Made by a program: the position numbers and the translations under genes. Positions 63,915-64,000 of a DNA stretch of 64,000 nucleotides are shown here, piece by piece (position 1 is the first letter of the stretch; the number at the start of each line of letters is the position of its first letter). Source of the DNA: Amoebophrya sp. A120 (taxonomy: Eukaryota > Protista > Dinoflagellata); the NCBI GenBank assembly GCA_905178155.1, contig CAJINV010000002.1:2771217-2835216 (forward strand). Reading direction: 5' to 3'. The notes under the pieces were generated by a model. The model did no database searches, was not told the DNA's origin, and saw nothing but the letters and a program-made list of their open reading frames with translations.

Positions 63915-64000
63915 TATGACAGTGCACAACCCCCCTCCCCCTCATTTGTCATGCAAAATACCTAGTCCACCGCTTGCCTCTTGGCACTGTTTGCATGACA
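63915..64000. mobile_element. Family B element running off the window end
   Basis: TIR tatgacagtgcacaaccccccctcccc-type. Confidence 0.85.

Noticed and set aside
1-64000. Autonomous transposase, rRNA, tRNA, snRNA or spliced-leader gene
   Set aside because: No DDE, tyrosine-recombinase or RT motif and no RNA gene recognised by eye; a covariance-model and HMM search would be needed to exclude them.

Overview
Eukaryotic, gene-dense window with all confidently called genes on the + strand. It is most likely from a parasitic dinoflagellate such as Amoebophrya; this is inferred from intron architecture, not proven. The dominant signal is about 50 distinct short (145-405 bp) inverted-repeat elements from at least 8 sequence families. 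Nearly all start TAT, end ATA, are flanked by a 5-bp direct repeat and sit inside coding exons. Removing an element plus one repeat copy restores the reading frame at almost every junction, so they behave as non-canonical introns (introner-like MITEs) in either orientation. Genes rebuilt by hand: Yos1/IER3IP1-like, Unkempt-like CCCH zinc-finger protein, PLRG1/Prp46, 2OG-Fe(II) oxygenase, UIM+SIM+Regnase/NYN-type RNase, SLC13-type transporter, several hypothetical proteins, and a tandem cluster of Cys-rich (CPxCAPYN / TSP1 / EGF-like) paralogs with rearrangements. Bases 1-6329 are repeated almost exactly at 9892-16220 next to a 100-N gap, probably an assembly artefact. All coordinates were read by eye and may be off by a few bases; no transposase is visible in the window.
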